From assembly GCA_973895155.1 (NCBI GenBank), contig OZ316891.1, positions 5,613,708 through 5,677,707 of the forward strand: a DNA stretch of 64,000 nt, written 5' to 3'. The position numbers and the translations under genes are program-made. The stretch is from Marsupella aquatica (Eukaryota > Plantae > Marchantiophyta). The notes under the pieces were generated by a model. It worked only from the letters and a program-made list of their open reading frames with translations, did no database searches and was not told the origin of the DNA. Every line of letters starts with the position of its first letter. Position 1 is the first letter of the stretch. Of this stretch, positions 1 to 11,245 are shown piece by piece.

Positions 1-1033
1 AAGCTCTGGAATGTTACAGCTTGTACCAACCTCCCCAAAATTGTTAGCCGAAAACAGTTTGGCTACACTTCTTTTTATATCGTCGAGGATCTATGAGTGA
101 TTCAATGATCAGGAGTCACCTCTGTGTAGCCAGATAATGTCTTTGTTTGTTAGCCCTAATGAATGGATATGAACAGATACCCCATTTATCTGACCGCCAA
201 ACCAAATATCATGTCACGGCGAAGATTGCACTCCAGATTGACTTTCATTTGTTTACGTTGTCAGCTTCTACCTATGAGAAATTCTCGTTGTCAAACGGGT
301 ATGGTGGGCTACTGGGCTGTGTCAGTTTTGTTTTTGTGGTCCTGATGGATGGTAGGGTAATCACCAGCCCGGTTCATGCGCAGTAGATGAATTCCTCGGA
401 ATGGACGCCTGCCTGCATACTTACTATTCGGTCGTCTCCATATATTCTTTGTAGCTGCTAGACATCGTCCTGCAATTATGTACGATGATCAATTCAAACC
501 TAACATCTCGTTTTTGCTTAGTGTTGGTTGTCCTCCGTTGATTACAGTTGGGCGGGAAAAACACATGCACAAAGCAAAATGCAAGCACGCTGACATGATC
601 GTGGCTGCCAAATGACAAAGAAAGCATACTGGACACTCAACAACACCGGAGTTCGCCATTTACACTCTTGTGCTCCATGGACATTCCGCCAGCCGATTGG
701 TAGAAGCCTAAGCTTACAAAATGCGCAATCAGGAAGAACATTGTCACTCTTCTCGAGGATGACACTGATTGAATCAAAGCCAAGTTTATAACATAGTCCC
801 CAAGAACTCGACAATCATCGACTGATCTGCATCAAAATTGAGCATACCTCACTACATTACCTAGGTTAAAATACTAACCCCGATAAATGCGAAATCCGTA
901 GCCACATTTACGATATCCGCCCACTAAGAAAAATCTATTATCAGTCGGCTCTTGGATATAGGGAGGCAAGCCTATTTGAAGAAGTATTTCGGCAAAGATT
1001 TGTTTTAAGTACAGACAATCTTTGAAGATCCAT

Positions 1034-2143
1034 CTAAACACCAATGTCAGATCTGAGTACACCACTGAGGACGCTTCGGCAAGTAGGACAACTTCTGCTT
1101 TTCTCTCTGTGTTGCTCTAAGCAACGGAAACAATAATCTGCGTGCACACAAGGTAAGCAGATGGCATCTTTCGGCGATTCCAGACAAATCTTGCACAATT
1201 TGCTCTCCCTTTCTTCCTCGAGACTCTTCTGCATTGTTTCGAGAGCAATGTTCAGCCGGTTCTGATCTTGTTGTAAGGTAAGAACTTCGTCTTCCACTTT
1301 GCCTTTTGCGATTGCAGATTGTTGCAACTCACTTTCCAAATTGTCACGGTCAAGCTGTGCTTTGTCTAACTCCGCTTCATATGTTATCTCCAGCTGTTTT
1401 TTATTTTCGGTTAGTTGCTGTAGGCTCCTCTGCATCGTTTCAAGGGCACTTTCAAGCCGATTTTTCTCCGCGCGGTCAAGCTGTGCTTCGTCTAACTCCG
1501 CTTCATATGTTATCTCCAGCTGTTTTTTATCTTCGGTTAGTTGCTGTAGGCTCCTCTGCATCGTTTCAAGGGCACTTTTAAGCCGATTTTTCTCCGCGCG
1601 CGTGGAAACCAGCGACTTGTGAAAATAAATTTGCCTTCTCGCTATTTCAGTTTCCAATACATTCCTCTGCTCCTGTGTGGAACTGAGCTCTGCCTGACAG
1701 TCATACAATATGCATTTGTCATATTGCGCTTGCTTCTTCAGGCACTCTAATTCTTTCCTCGTATTCTGTATATCAAGTATAGTATCATTCCGCTCATCGC
1801 GAGCTTTCCGCTTCATGCACTCTAACTCTATCTTCTTGCACTGTGCATCAAGCAAAGCAGCATTTCGCTCCCGTTGCAGCTCGATTATTTTGTTCGAAGC
1901 CCAACCCGAGAACCCCCTTTCCACGTCAAGCTCAGATTCTAGAGTCTTCTCCCACATTGTAGCTTCGACAGAATGTCTCTTCTTTTTAGTCACTGACGGG
2001 CCATCTAACAATGCAGAAGCTGACCCATTCGCGTCTGTGTCGTTGGCAAAACTTTCTGCTCTCTCCTCTGCTACGTCGTCAACCTCCATTGAGTGGGAAT
2101 CCGACGCACTACACTCGATACCAAAGTGGACCAGAACAAGCAT
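1034..2143 (-). CDS. Coiled-coil protein with C-terminal RING-HC (C3HC4) domain, putative E3 ubiquitin ligase (likely start ATG 2089, MEVDD)
   Basis: Intronless ORF with heptad-rich E/K/Q/L region. C-terminus CKICLESPKDAICLPCVHADYCFRC...CPTCRS has RING-HC spacing. The paralog at 22165 starts at the equivalent MEVD codon. Confidence 0.85.
   Translation of the reverse strand: MLVLVHFGIECSASDSHSMEVDDVAEERAESFANDTDANGSASALLDGPSVTKKKRHSVEATMWEKTLESELDVERGFSGWASNKIIELQRERNAALLDAQCKKIELECMKRKARDERNDTILDIQNTRKELECLKKQAQYDKCILYDCQAELSSTQEQRNVLETEIARRQIYFHKSLVSTRAEKNRLKSALETMQRSLQQLTEDKKQLEITYEAELDEAQLDRAEKNRLESALETMQRSLQQLTENKKQLEITYEAELDKAQLDRDNLESELQQSAIAKGKVEDEVLTLQQDQNRLNIALETMQKSLEEERESKLCKICLESPKDAICLPCVHADYCFRCLEQHREKSRSCPTCRSVLSGVLRSDIGV
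1347..1598. repeat. In-frame 126-bp tandem duplication (42 aa) in the coiled coil
   Basis: RAEKNRL(K/E)SALETMQRSLQQLTE(D/N)KKQLEITYEAELD(E/K)AQLD occurs twice; cggtcaagctgtgct at 1347 and 1473. Confidence 0.9.
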
Positions 2144-3184
2144 TACTTAACTCGACGCGAACCGGAGCTCCTCACAGTGATCAATGGTGTGCCCATCACT
2201 TTACTATTGCACAGCTAGTCCAGTTGAGGCTCCAGACATGCCAAAAACCAACATCCCAAACGACCGGGACCTGGCGATAAAGAGTCGCTCCTCGGATGAA
2301 CAAGAGGGTTGTTCTATCCTAAAAGCACGCTTCGAAGTTGAATGTACATTACCGTCAACACCTCTTCTGTTGCGGAGGCTTCAAAATTTGAAATGGATTG
2401 GCGTGCGGCGGAGGGAGCAAGTCTACATGGCTCGGTTGTGATGCTCACGATTCGAAGGTGCTAGCTACTAACTACAATCATTTGACCCGGTCTTCCGGTT
2501 CCGCAATCACGTTTGTACTTCGGCTCGAATTGACGGCCCGTCAAACGGGGGGCCGGGTTGGGGGGGAGGGGGGGGGGGGGGTGTTTCGGGTCCGGGTTTG
2601 GGGGCCGGGTTCGGAGTCCGGGTGAGTTCAGGAGAATCTTGTCGAATATCCATCAAATTGATCATTTTTGGGCCATCATTTGATGATTTTACGTGCCCGA
2701 CAAGGCGTCAAAATGCCCATCAGGTTAAACCGGGGGTCTTCTCCTCTCTCATGGTGACTCAATCAAATCTTACTAAAAATGAGCGCATGTTAAATCTACG
2801 TCAACTGAATGCGGTTCGTACACCATAACATAAACCAATATACTATGTTTCCTATCTATAAACCAAGTGATTTGAACTACATGTGTCTTGGTTTATGTTT
2901 TGGTTGTAAGGCTGACGTAGATTTAACAGGCGGTCTAAAAATGAGTCACGGTAATTGCGTGTTATATGTATGTAACCTTGTTCACAAGTCTACTCAAGTT
3001 ACTTTGCTTCATTTGTACTTTTCCCCAATCTGGACTGTTGATGGACCTTTCGATCTCAGATCTGGGCCGTTCATAGACCTCAGGGGTCGATCAAGTAACA
3101 AGTTTCATTTTGGGGGTAGATCAAGCAAATAACTCTATTTTATAGACATTGATTAATAGGAAACACTACCTTAGCCAGTTGGAC

Positions 3185-3740
3185 AAAAGATGGGGAGATG
3201 AGAAAAGATAAGGGAGTAAAGATGCTGAGATAAAAAAGATGCCAAGATGAGAAAAATAAATTTAGGTAAAAAAAAGATGTTGAAGAGAGAAAAGATAACA
3301 AGATGAAAAAACATATAAAGATAAAAAAAAGATGTGAAGGGGAAACAAGATCTCGAGTCAGTGAGTGAAATATGTCATTGTGAGATAAAGATGTAGTGTT
3401 GCGAGAAAAAACTCAAATGTCAAGGTTAAAAAAATATGTTGAGATGAGGAAGAAATATCAAACCAGGTGCAAAAAGATCTTGAGGAGAAAAAAATATGTC
3501 TAGAACAGAAAATAATGTTAAGTGAGACAAAAATAACTCAGCGAGGGATGTCAATGTGAGAATAAAAAAAATAACAAAATAAGATAAATATATTAAGAGA
3601 TTAATATGTAAAGATTAGAGAAAGATGTCAAAACAAAAAAAGTCATCATTCAAGGCAAGCTCCCCGTTTGGATTGAAAATATATAAACTTTGCAATGTAC
3701 TTGTTGACGGATGCATGTTATGTGTGATCCTACTTAGTTA
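3185..3740 (-). repeat. GA-rich ~20-bp minisatellite-like repeat (gagaaaagatgtcaaggt family), Helitron-associated
   Basis: Degenerate array also seen at 4760-5045, 6245-6890 and 10440-10590, and inverted at 19640-19845. The downstream ttatgtgtgatcc segment is shared with ~6930. Confidence 0.6.
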
Positions 3741-4736
3741 ACCATGTAGCTATTGTGGTTGTGTTCAATGGTCCGTGCATTGCACATAGAAATTGGGGAC
3801 GTGAGATAGCGACCACTGAGTCACAGAGTCCAACACAACCAAGTATAGGAACAATTTTTATTTTTTTTCTAGGTTTTTAGAGACATTCACTTTGAATGTT
3901 GAGGGTCTTTCCAGGCAAGTTAAATCTCAATCTCCTCTTGTGGCAGAGGCTTATTCTGAAACTGTTTTTTTTTTCATTTTTGCAGAGTCTACTTTGTGGC
4001 CAGTCTAACATGGAGGAGTACTAAGTTCTGCAAGAAGCAATTCGTGGTAAGGAAACTAACATATATATCGATGACAACTCTCTTCGATGTGAAAAGTGCT
4101 GTGATAAGAGAGGACATTGGTGTTCTGGGACCGTATGTATGGTGTTGTGGTCTTGAAGCATTGCCACCACCTCGTTTAAAAAATCATATCTTGTGGCTCT
4201 ACCAAGAAGATCCATAGAGATTTTGTAAGGTTTCAATTGAAGGTCCCAAAGTTAAGACATTGTTTTTTACTAGTGTTTTCAATATGAGTTTCTGACCATT
4301 ACATCTACCCAGATTAAAGGAAACTGTCAAATTCTCCTAACAAGACATGAGGCTAGGAGGGACCTAGCCAATGGAAGACAAAAGTCCAGGCTATTTTTTC
4401 CAAAGGAGGCAACACCATTTTAGAAAGTTGGAATTGGCAATAGTTTGCCACTGAACAGAAAAAGTTGTTGGGGGCCCTGATTGCATCTTTTCATTTCCTT
4501 TGAGATTAAAATTTGGATCATCGAATGGTTCAAATGCCTGCACTTGACTGTACAAGAACTAGGGGGTATATTCAGGTTTTCTCAATCCTATGTGACAATG
4601 GACCCAAGTAAAATGTTGATGTGGAATGTTTTCACCCTGGGCTCTTACTCTGAAGTAATATGCAAAGGAGGTAAGAGCACTGTCTTGAAGACAAGATTTT
4701 ATTCATTTTAGATTAAAAATTTAGAATTATTATTAA

Positions 4737-5050
4737 CTAGTCCAATGCCTGTGCGTTGCACGAAAGATGTCGAGGTGATAAAAGATGTCTAGGAGAGAAA
4801 AGATATCAAGGTGATAAAAAGATGTCGAGGAGAGAAAGAAATTTGAGGAGAGAAAAGATGTAGAGCTAGGTGAGAAACATATGTCCAAGAGAGAAAAGAT
4901 TTTGAGAGAAATAGATGTTGAAATGAGAAAAAAGTTGAGGAGAGAAAATATGTAGAGGTGAACAAAAGATGTCAAAGGAGAAGAGAAGGTGTTGAGCAAA
5001 AAAATAAATGTAAAGTAGAGCAAAAGATTTTAAGGTGAGAAAATAAATTT
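4737..5050 (-). mobile_element. Non-autonomous Helitron-like 3' end with subterminal GA-rich array
   Basis: Minus strand reads cgtgcaacgcacaggcattggaCTAG|T: a GTGC-AAC-GCAC hairpin ~10 nt before CTAG followed by T, the classical plant Helitron 3' terminus. Confidence 0.7.
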
Positions 5051-5551
5051 GACAATTTTTCCACCCTTACGCGCAAATGGAAGGGACAAGATGAAACCTC
5101 TCCCTTCTCTTTTCCCATACATATCCCCCTTAGTTCCCCTTTCCCCTTGCCTCTTCCCCTCTTTATTTTGCTTCCCTGGCTTTCTTTGGGATGATAAAAG
5201 TCCAATTTTGTAAGACGATTGCGGTGAAAAACCATAGGAATATTTGTTATAGTTTATGGGTGTGAAAATCTCATTATCTTGGCACAATATATATACAAAT
5301 ATAAGTATTTGGGGGGATAAAAATACTAAATTATCCCCCTTTCTCCCATTCCTCTATTTTCCCCTCCTTTTTAACATGTCTATGTTTGAAATTTTTCCCT
5401 TAAATTATTTTGTTTTCCTTTTATCTTCTCCCTCCCCTTTTTTTTTTAAACCCAGCCATTTTCTCTCCAATATCCCATCATCTCTCATGAACACAATTCT
5501 CAGTTTTACATTCCAGTACAACCTATAATCATGGTACCTTCGAGTACATTT

Positions 5552-5894
5552 TGTTAAGCATAGACGACTATCGCAACGGCAAGCCCATGAACCATCCAAC
5601 GCACAAGAGTCGCATAGAGAGATACGTGGTTCACCTCCACATGAGGTTTCGTCCACAGGAACACACAAGAACTTTACTGCACTCTAGGCCGACCGACCAT
5701 ACCAAACATTCACAGCGCAAGCTCTCCCTATCTCTGAACTAGCTCTGTAATAATGAGCCTAAGTTCCCTCAGGGTTTGGCATGAGCCCTGGCTATATTCA
5801 CAACAACACTACCGCTAACATTAGCTAATTCCTAACCCGAGTTAGCCTAATTGTAGTTAGCTCATGAGTCACAAGACTAGAGCAATATCTAACA
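5552..5894. mobile_element. Solo LTR (343 bp)
   Basis: Termini TGTTA...TAACA flanked by a perfect 5-bp TSD CATTT (5547-5551, 5895-5899). Confidence 0.8.
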
Positions 5895-6220
5895 CATTTG
5901 TCCTTCTTGAAGGTGTACGTGAGTCTTTTCTCTTTGTGCATGTACTCTGAGCAAGTCTATGTGAGCCACTACCATACCAATTAGTGTCAGATAGGAGAGA
6001 CAATGTACGTGATTAATAGTGTTGCTTGCATCTAAGAGCGGTCAAAAGTAATCTTTTAAATGGACAATCAGAATTGGATCCCGCCTTTTTAAATTTTTGT
6101 GAGCAGACAAAACCCAATAATGGCGGGATAGCATAATACAGAGTTAGATGGGAAGAACCTCACCATCAATCATGATTCATAAACTAAATGTCAAGCCAAC
6201 TCATAAGCTGCTGTAGTGTT

Positions 6221-6945
6221 GTAGCTCAATGCTTGTGTGTTGCACAAAAGATTCCAAGGCAAACAAATATGGCAAGCTGAGGGAAAGAAGTTGAGGTGAG
6301 AAAAAGATAATTATCATGGAGAGAAAAGATGGCAAGGTGAGAACACGGGTGAGAAAAAGATACAAAGATGAGGAAAGTATATCAAGGAGAGAATATATAG
6401 ATGTCGAGGGTGAGTAAAAAATGTCTTTGTGAGATACAGATTCCAAGGTGAGAAAAGATGGCGAGGTGAGGAAATGAAGTTGAGGTGAGAAAAAGATATC
6501 GATGAGAGAAAAGTCCTCAACGTATTAGTTAAGATTGAGGGCCCAGGGGAGAAAAGATGGCAAGGTGAGAACCCGGGTGAGAAAAAGATGCAAAGACAAG
6601 GACAAGATGTCTTGGTGAGATAAAGATTTCAAATGCGAAAATAATGGCGAGATGAGAAAAAGATCAGATGTCAAGCCGGTGAGAAAAGATCTTGAGGAGA
6701 AAAAAAGATGATGAAAAGGAATGAGTTGTCAAGGGTGGGAAGAAAATGTTGTGGTGAGATGAAGATGCCAATGTGAAGAAAAATGTCAATGCAAGGTAAA
6801 GACGCTAAGGAGAGATAAATATGAATAGGCAAGAAAAATTGAGAGAAAAATATGTCAAGGCGAGAAAAGATGTCAAGGAGAGGCAAAAACATAATTGTAA
6901 GCTTTGCGATATAGTTGTTGAGACATTTTATGTGTGATCCCGACC
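6221..6945 (-). mobile_element. Degenerate Helitron-like 3' end plus GA-rich array
   Basis: gtagctcaatgcttgtgtgttgcacaaaagat aligns to the 4737 terminus and is followed by the same array. Confidence 0.55.
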
Positions 6946-8089
6946 AGGTGCATCATTAATTTCCCCTCCCTACTTTGAACTCTATGGCTTCTAGTCTTGT
7001 ACCCTCATAATGGTGTCCCAAGTGCCCCTATCCCAATGACAACACATGGCACCCAAGTGCCCCCATCCCAATGACAACACATGGCACTCACATAGAGCAT
7101 TGCCATATCTCCCTCCTACAGAATCTGTGGTATATCAAAATACTTGTTTTGTCTCATTTGGATTAGGGAGATTGCTTTTTGAATAATGAAAGGTCAGGAT
7201 AAAAGAGAGTATAAATCCAATGGTCAGAGTTAATGTTCCCTCCAAAAGTGAGTTTGTAAATGGACGATACATCACTTTTGGCAGGATAGGGAATTATAGT
7301 AGTAGATAACAAGAAAACATTTTTACAGAAAACAAATTTTTGGTATGGGGACTAAGTATGCTTTTGTGATCACAATTTCCACCAGATCTTGTATTGCCTC
7401 CTTAATTAGTGTACAAGGGTATCACTTATCAGTTAAATTCACCAGTCCTTCACCAGTCCCCAATATTGGTTCCCACTTCATCTCAAAGACGCTTGAAATT
7501 TCAGGCTATCTCAACTTGGCCACATCGATATTTACCTGGGCACATTGCCACGTTGAGATTCATTGAATTTTAGTATAGGACGTTTGATCTCTAATGACGA
7601 TCTCTAATGACTGATATAAAGCATCGATAATATAAATGATAAGATTGTGCTCCTAACATGCTACTCTCATTAATGAGAATGGAATAATACAATTATTGAG
7701 GAGGTTGTACTTTACAATGGGTCCTAGTAATCCGTGTTGCGTCCTTTGATAGATTTCACCGTAATTAGTGTTATGCAAGTATTAGTGTTAGTACAAAATT
7801 ACTAATTTTGGTAAAAATGTTTTTGAGCCCAAGTAACACTAAGTTTTGCAGGTTTTCAATAACAGATTTGATTCACTTGAGTATAAATTGCTTGTAAAAA
7901 TGGCTGATCTTTACTCCAAAGTAACACGTGACGGATTTTCTGCAATAGCGCAATTAGTCACAATCGCGTCATATTGTTGTTGACGTAGGCTGCCTTGTTC
8001 TTTCTTTGGTTTTAGATACTTGGTGCCAACATCATTCGTGCTCAATCCATTACTGTCTAGGTAAGTTCGCATTCCCACTTTCCAGATCG

Positions 8090-9465
8090 ATTTCTCAAAG
8101 AATCTGTGCTCCGGGTCTCTATATTGCATGTCCTGTGATTCATCGAGGAGTGAAACACATTATCTGAAATGAAACAATCATGTCGGATGTTGATATTTCG
8201 ATTTAAGGTCTGGCAGGTTACAGGTCACACTAGCCTCTACAAAATATATCTAAGTAAGAAGGCGCAATCAAAACTTACTCCTTGAGCTTATTGTCCAGGA
8301 CGAAGCCGTCATCAAAAGCTACTCTTTGGGTCTATTCTGGTGGCTCTAATAAGTACATAATTGAAAGTGAAGGTGGACACAAAAAGGGAATGGAGGCAAA
8401 GATAACAGGAAATAATGTATGTTTTTCTCGTCATCTCAATTTAACGGGTAGTCAGGCTAGTTGTGAGTGAAACGCATTATTTGACAGGGAGGTCTAGAAT
8501 GTCTTTGATTGTTGCAATAATATATGTAGCCCTCATGAATGGATGTGAACAGATACCCCGGTCATTTGGACGTCAAAATTTCACACGGCGAAGATTGCAC
8601 TGCATATTGTCTGTCATTGGGTTTACTTTGACAGCTTTCAGCCATGAGAAATTACAGTTGCTAAAGGGGTATCGTGGGCTGCCTCAGTTTGTTTTGAGGT
8701 CCAGCCTGATCGATGGTAGGATAATTCCCAGCCCTGTTCATGTACTGCCGCTGAATTCCAATGCGGTCTTCTCTATATATTCTTTGCTCTTTGACGACGT
8801 CCTGCATAATCTGTAATATTAAAAAAAACCTAACATCTCTATCATGCTTTATAGTAGAGAAGATGTCACTCAAAGCTTAGTGTTGGTTGCCCTAACAGCC
8901 CAACCGAGCGAGTCCTCGTTTGATTGCACTGGAGCTGGCAAAACATATGCATAAGCAAAATGAGAGCACGCTGATAATTATAATCTATCTCGTGGCCGCC
9001 AAATGACAAAGACAACGTACTGCACCCCAACAACACCTGAGTTCGCCGTGTAAACTCTTGTGCTCGACGGACATTCCACCAGCAGACTGATGAAAGTCTA
9101 GTTTGCAAAATGCGCAAATAAGGAAAAACATTGTTACGAGGATGACACTGATTGAAATCAAACTTTTAATTAATCCGCAAGAACTCGACAACCATGAGCT
9201 GATCTGCGTTCAAAATTGAGCAAGATTCATGGGCAGTACCAGCTTGCTACACTACCAAGGTTACAAATACTAAATCCGATCAATGCTAATCCGCAGCCAC
9301 AGTTACGATATCCGCCCACATGGGAAATGCGACCATCAGTTGGCTCTTAGATGGAGGCAGGCAAGCCTAAGTATGTCATTAAGTACTTCGGCAGTCATTA
9401 GTTCGCGGTATATATGTACAGCAAATCTTTGAACATCCAGCTAAACACCAATGTCAGATCTGAGT
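8090..9465. repeat. Segmental duplicate of the RING-gene 3' flank (homologous to ~1-1060 and ~20060-21300)
   Basis: Shared blocks such as catcgaggagtgaaacaca, gaagattgcact, aagaactcgacaa and ctaaacaccaatgtcagatctgagt (the RSDIGV* gene end). Confidence 0.85.
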
Positions 9466-9614
9466 AGTATCCTAAATCTCTATTCGCAACATCAATAATA
9501 GTGTATTCCAGACTAGCGCCAATAACTGGATAAAATGGCCATCAGCAGTGAAACAAAGTTGTTATCAAGATTGACCTCCAGTGCATACAAGCGAAGTCGG
9601 ATCTAGGCGCACGC

Positions 9615-10385
9615 TTAGTGCTGGTCAGCCAATTGAAGTAGAGACTTCACAGTTGTGAAGCAAGTAGGACAAGCTTTTTTTCGCTTTCGGTTTTTCTCCG
9701 AGCACGAAAAGCAATCACGCAAGTGCAGACATGGAAAGTAGACAGTATCTTTGGGTACTTTCATACAAAACTTGCACAAACTCTTCGCTCTTTCTTTCGC
9801 CAAATTCGCCGCCATTGCTACATGATCAAGTGTCAGTGTATCTTTCTCATCTTTCAAAGACTGAAGATCTTTGGCTAGTTTTGTCGTCTCATCCCTCATC
9901 GAATTGTATGACGTTGCTGCTTGTTCCAACTTTCTCTTGTGCTCAGCTTGTTCGCCCTGCATGAGAGTAACCTCTCTTTGGAGCGTCTCCTTTTGGCCCT
10001 CAAGATCCGCATTTTTTGTCTCCAATTTAATCTTCTCATCTCGGTCGCGCTGCAGCTCACGTCGGAGAGCAATGCAATAGGCGAAGTGCTGTTTCCTTTC
10101 CGTGTGAAGCTCAGCTGTAAGCTTCATTTTCTCTTCCCGGGTCGCAGTTTGGATGTCAAGTCTCTTGCTCTTCAACATTTGAATCATGTCCACGGCATCA
10201 GATAATACACCCTCGACACGTGATAAATCGTTCAACTCTGAATCAACCGGCATGTTCTTCAATGGTCCTTCAGACACCTTAGGTGTTTCCCTCGCGGTGT
10301 ACTCCAACTTAACATGAGCCTTGAGCATCATGGCGTCTGTTTGCGCCTCAGCCCCCTTGATTTCTGCTTGCACCTTAGCCTCCAT
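9615..10385 (-). CDS. Coiled-coil + RING-HC protein, putative E3 ligase (divergent paralog)
   Basis: 256-aa ORF ending CKFCMKVPKDTVYFPCLHLRDCFSC...CPTCFT. Confidence 0.8.
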   Translation of the reverse strand: MEAKVQAEIKGAEAQTDAMMLKAHVKLEYTARETPKVSEGPLKNMPVDSELNDLSRVEGVLSDAVDMIQMLKSKRLDIQTATREEKMKLTAELHTERKQHFAYCIALRRELQRDRDEKIKLETKNADLEGQKETLQREVTLMQGEQAEHKRKLEQAATSYNSMRDETTKLAKDLQSLKDEKDTLTLDHVAMAANLAKERAKSLCKFCMKVPKDTVYFPCLHLRDCFSCSEKNRKRKKACPTCFTTVKSLLQLADQH

Positions 10386-11245
10386 GAAATCCTACAGCAC
10401 ATGAATAGTGACGAGAGCCGATCGATAAGTTTAGCCATCGATAAGATGGCAAGATGAGAAAAGATGTAAAGATAAATAAAAGATATCAATAAGAAAAAAA
10501 TGTTGAGGGTCAAAACAAATGGTAGTGATGAGATAAAGATATCAATCTGAGAAAAAAATATGGAGATAAGACAAAAATGTCAAGAAAAGGTTAAATTGTT
10601 ATGGTAATGTTCAGTAACCCGAGGGTTACACATAGAAAGTAGAGAGTGACACAAGGTAACCAGTCACTTCACATCGTAAAGTCCAAGCATACCAAGTGAG
10701 AAGGAAAAAATAATATCTAAATTTAAATTATTAAAGAAATAAATGGATTAAATTTAATTTGTATTCAATTTTTTCAAAAATTTAAAACTAATATATAATT
10801 ATTTAATCAAATTTTAATAATATAGTTTTTTCAGAGGTTATAATAAGGTCTTAATGTAATCCGGCAGTTTGACAGCCCTCTGATAATCACATCAATGTAT
10901 GGAATGATATCTTACACCACCTTAAACAAGAAGCCTTAAGGGATGAGTCCAAAGCCTTATTTCTCTTTTCAAAATCTTCATGATATTAAAAAGTGTATAC
11001 CAAAAAACCACCAAAAAATGGTATGTATTTTCCAAACTAGACTCAAGAGAATTTTACCACCAAAATCTAAGCATATCTTATATGATATTCTCACAATTGT
11101 ATAAACCTTGAAATATGCACTTTATAAAAGTAATCAAAATCAAACTCATCGATCAGAGTTTAAGTCAAACTCAAAGTTTTACAAAATATAACCCAACTTA
11201 AGCCCAAGTGGTTTCAAATGCTACGAGTCCCTCTATTTATCTAGT

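Noticed and set aside
2841-3170. Possible MITE with tgtttcctat inverted ends
   Set aside because: Only ~10 bp of inverted match and no clear TSD.
4733-6892. Hydrophobic Phe/Leu/Ser-rich minus-strand ORFs
   Set aside because: Translations of the GA-rich repeat arrays, not credible genes.
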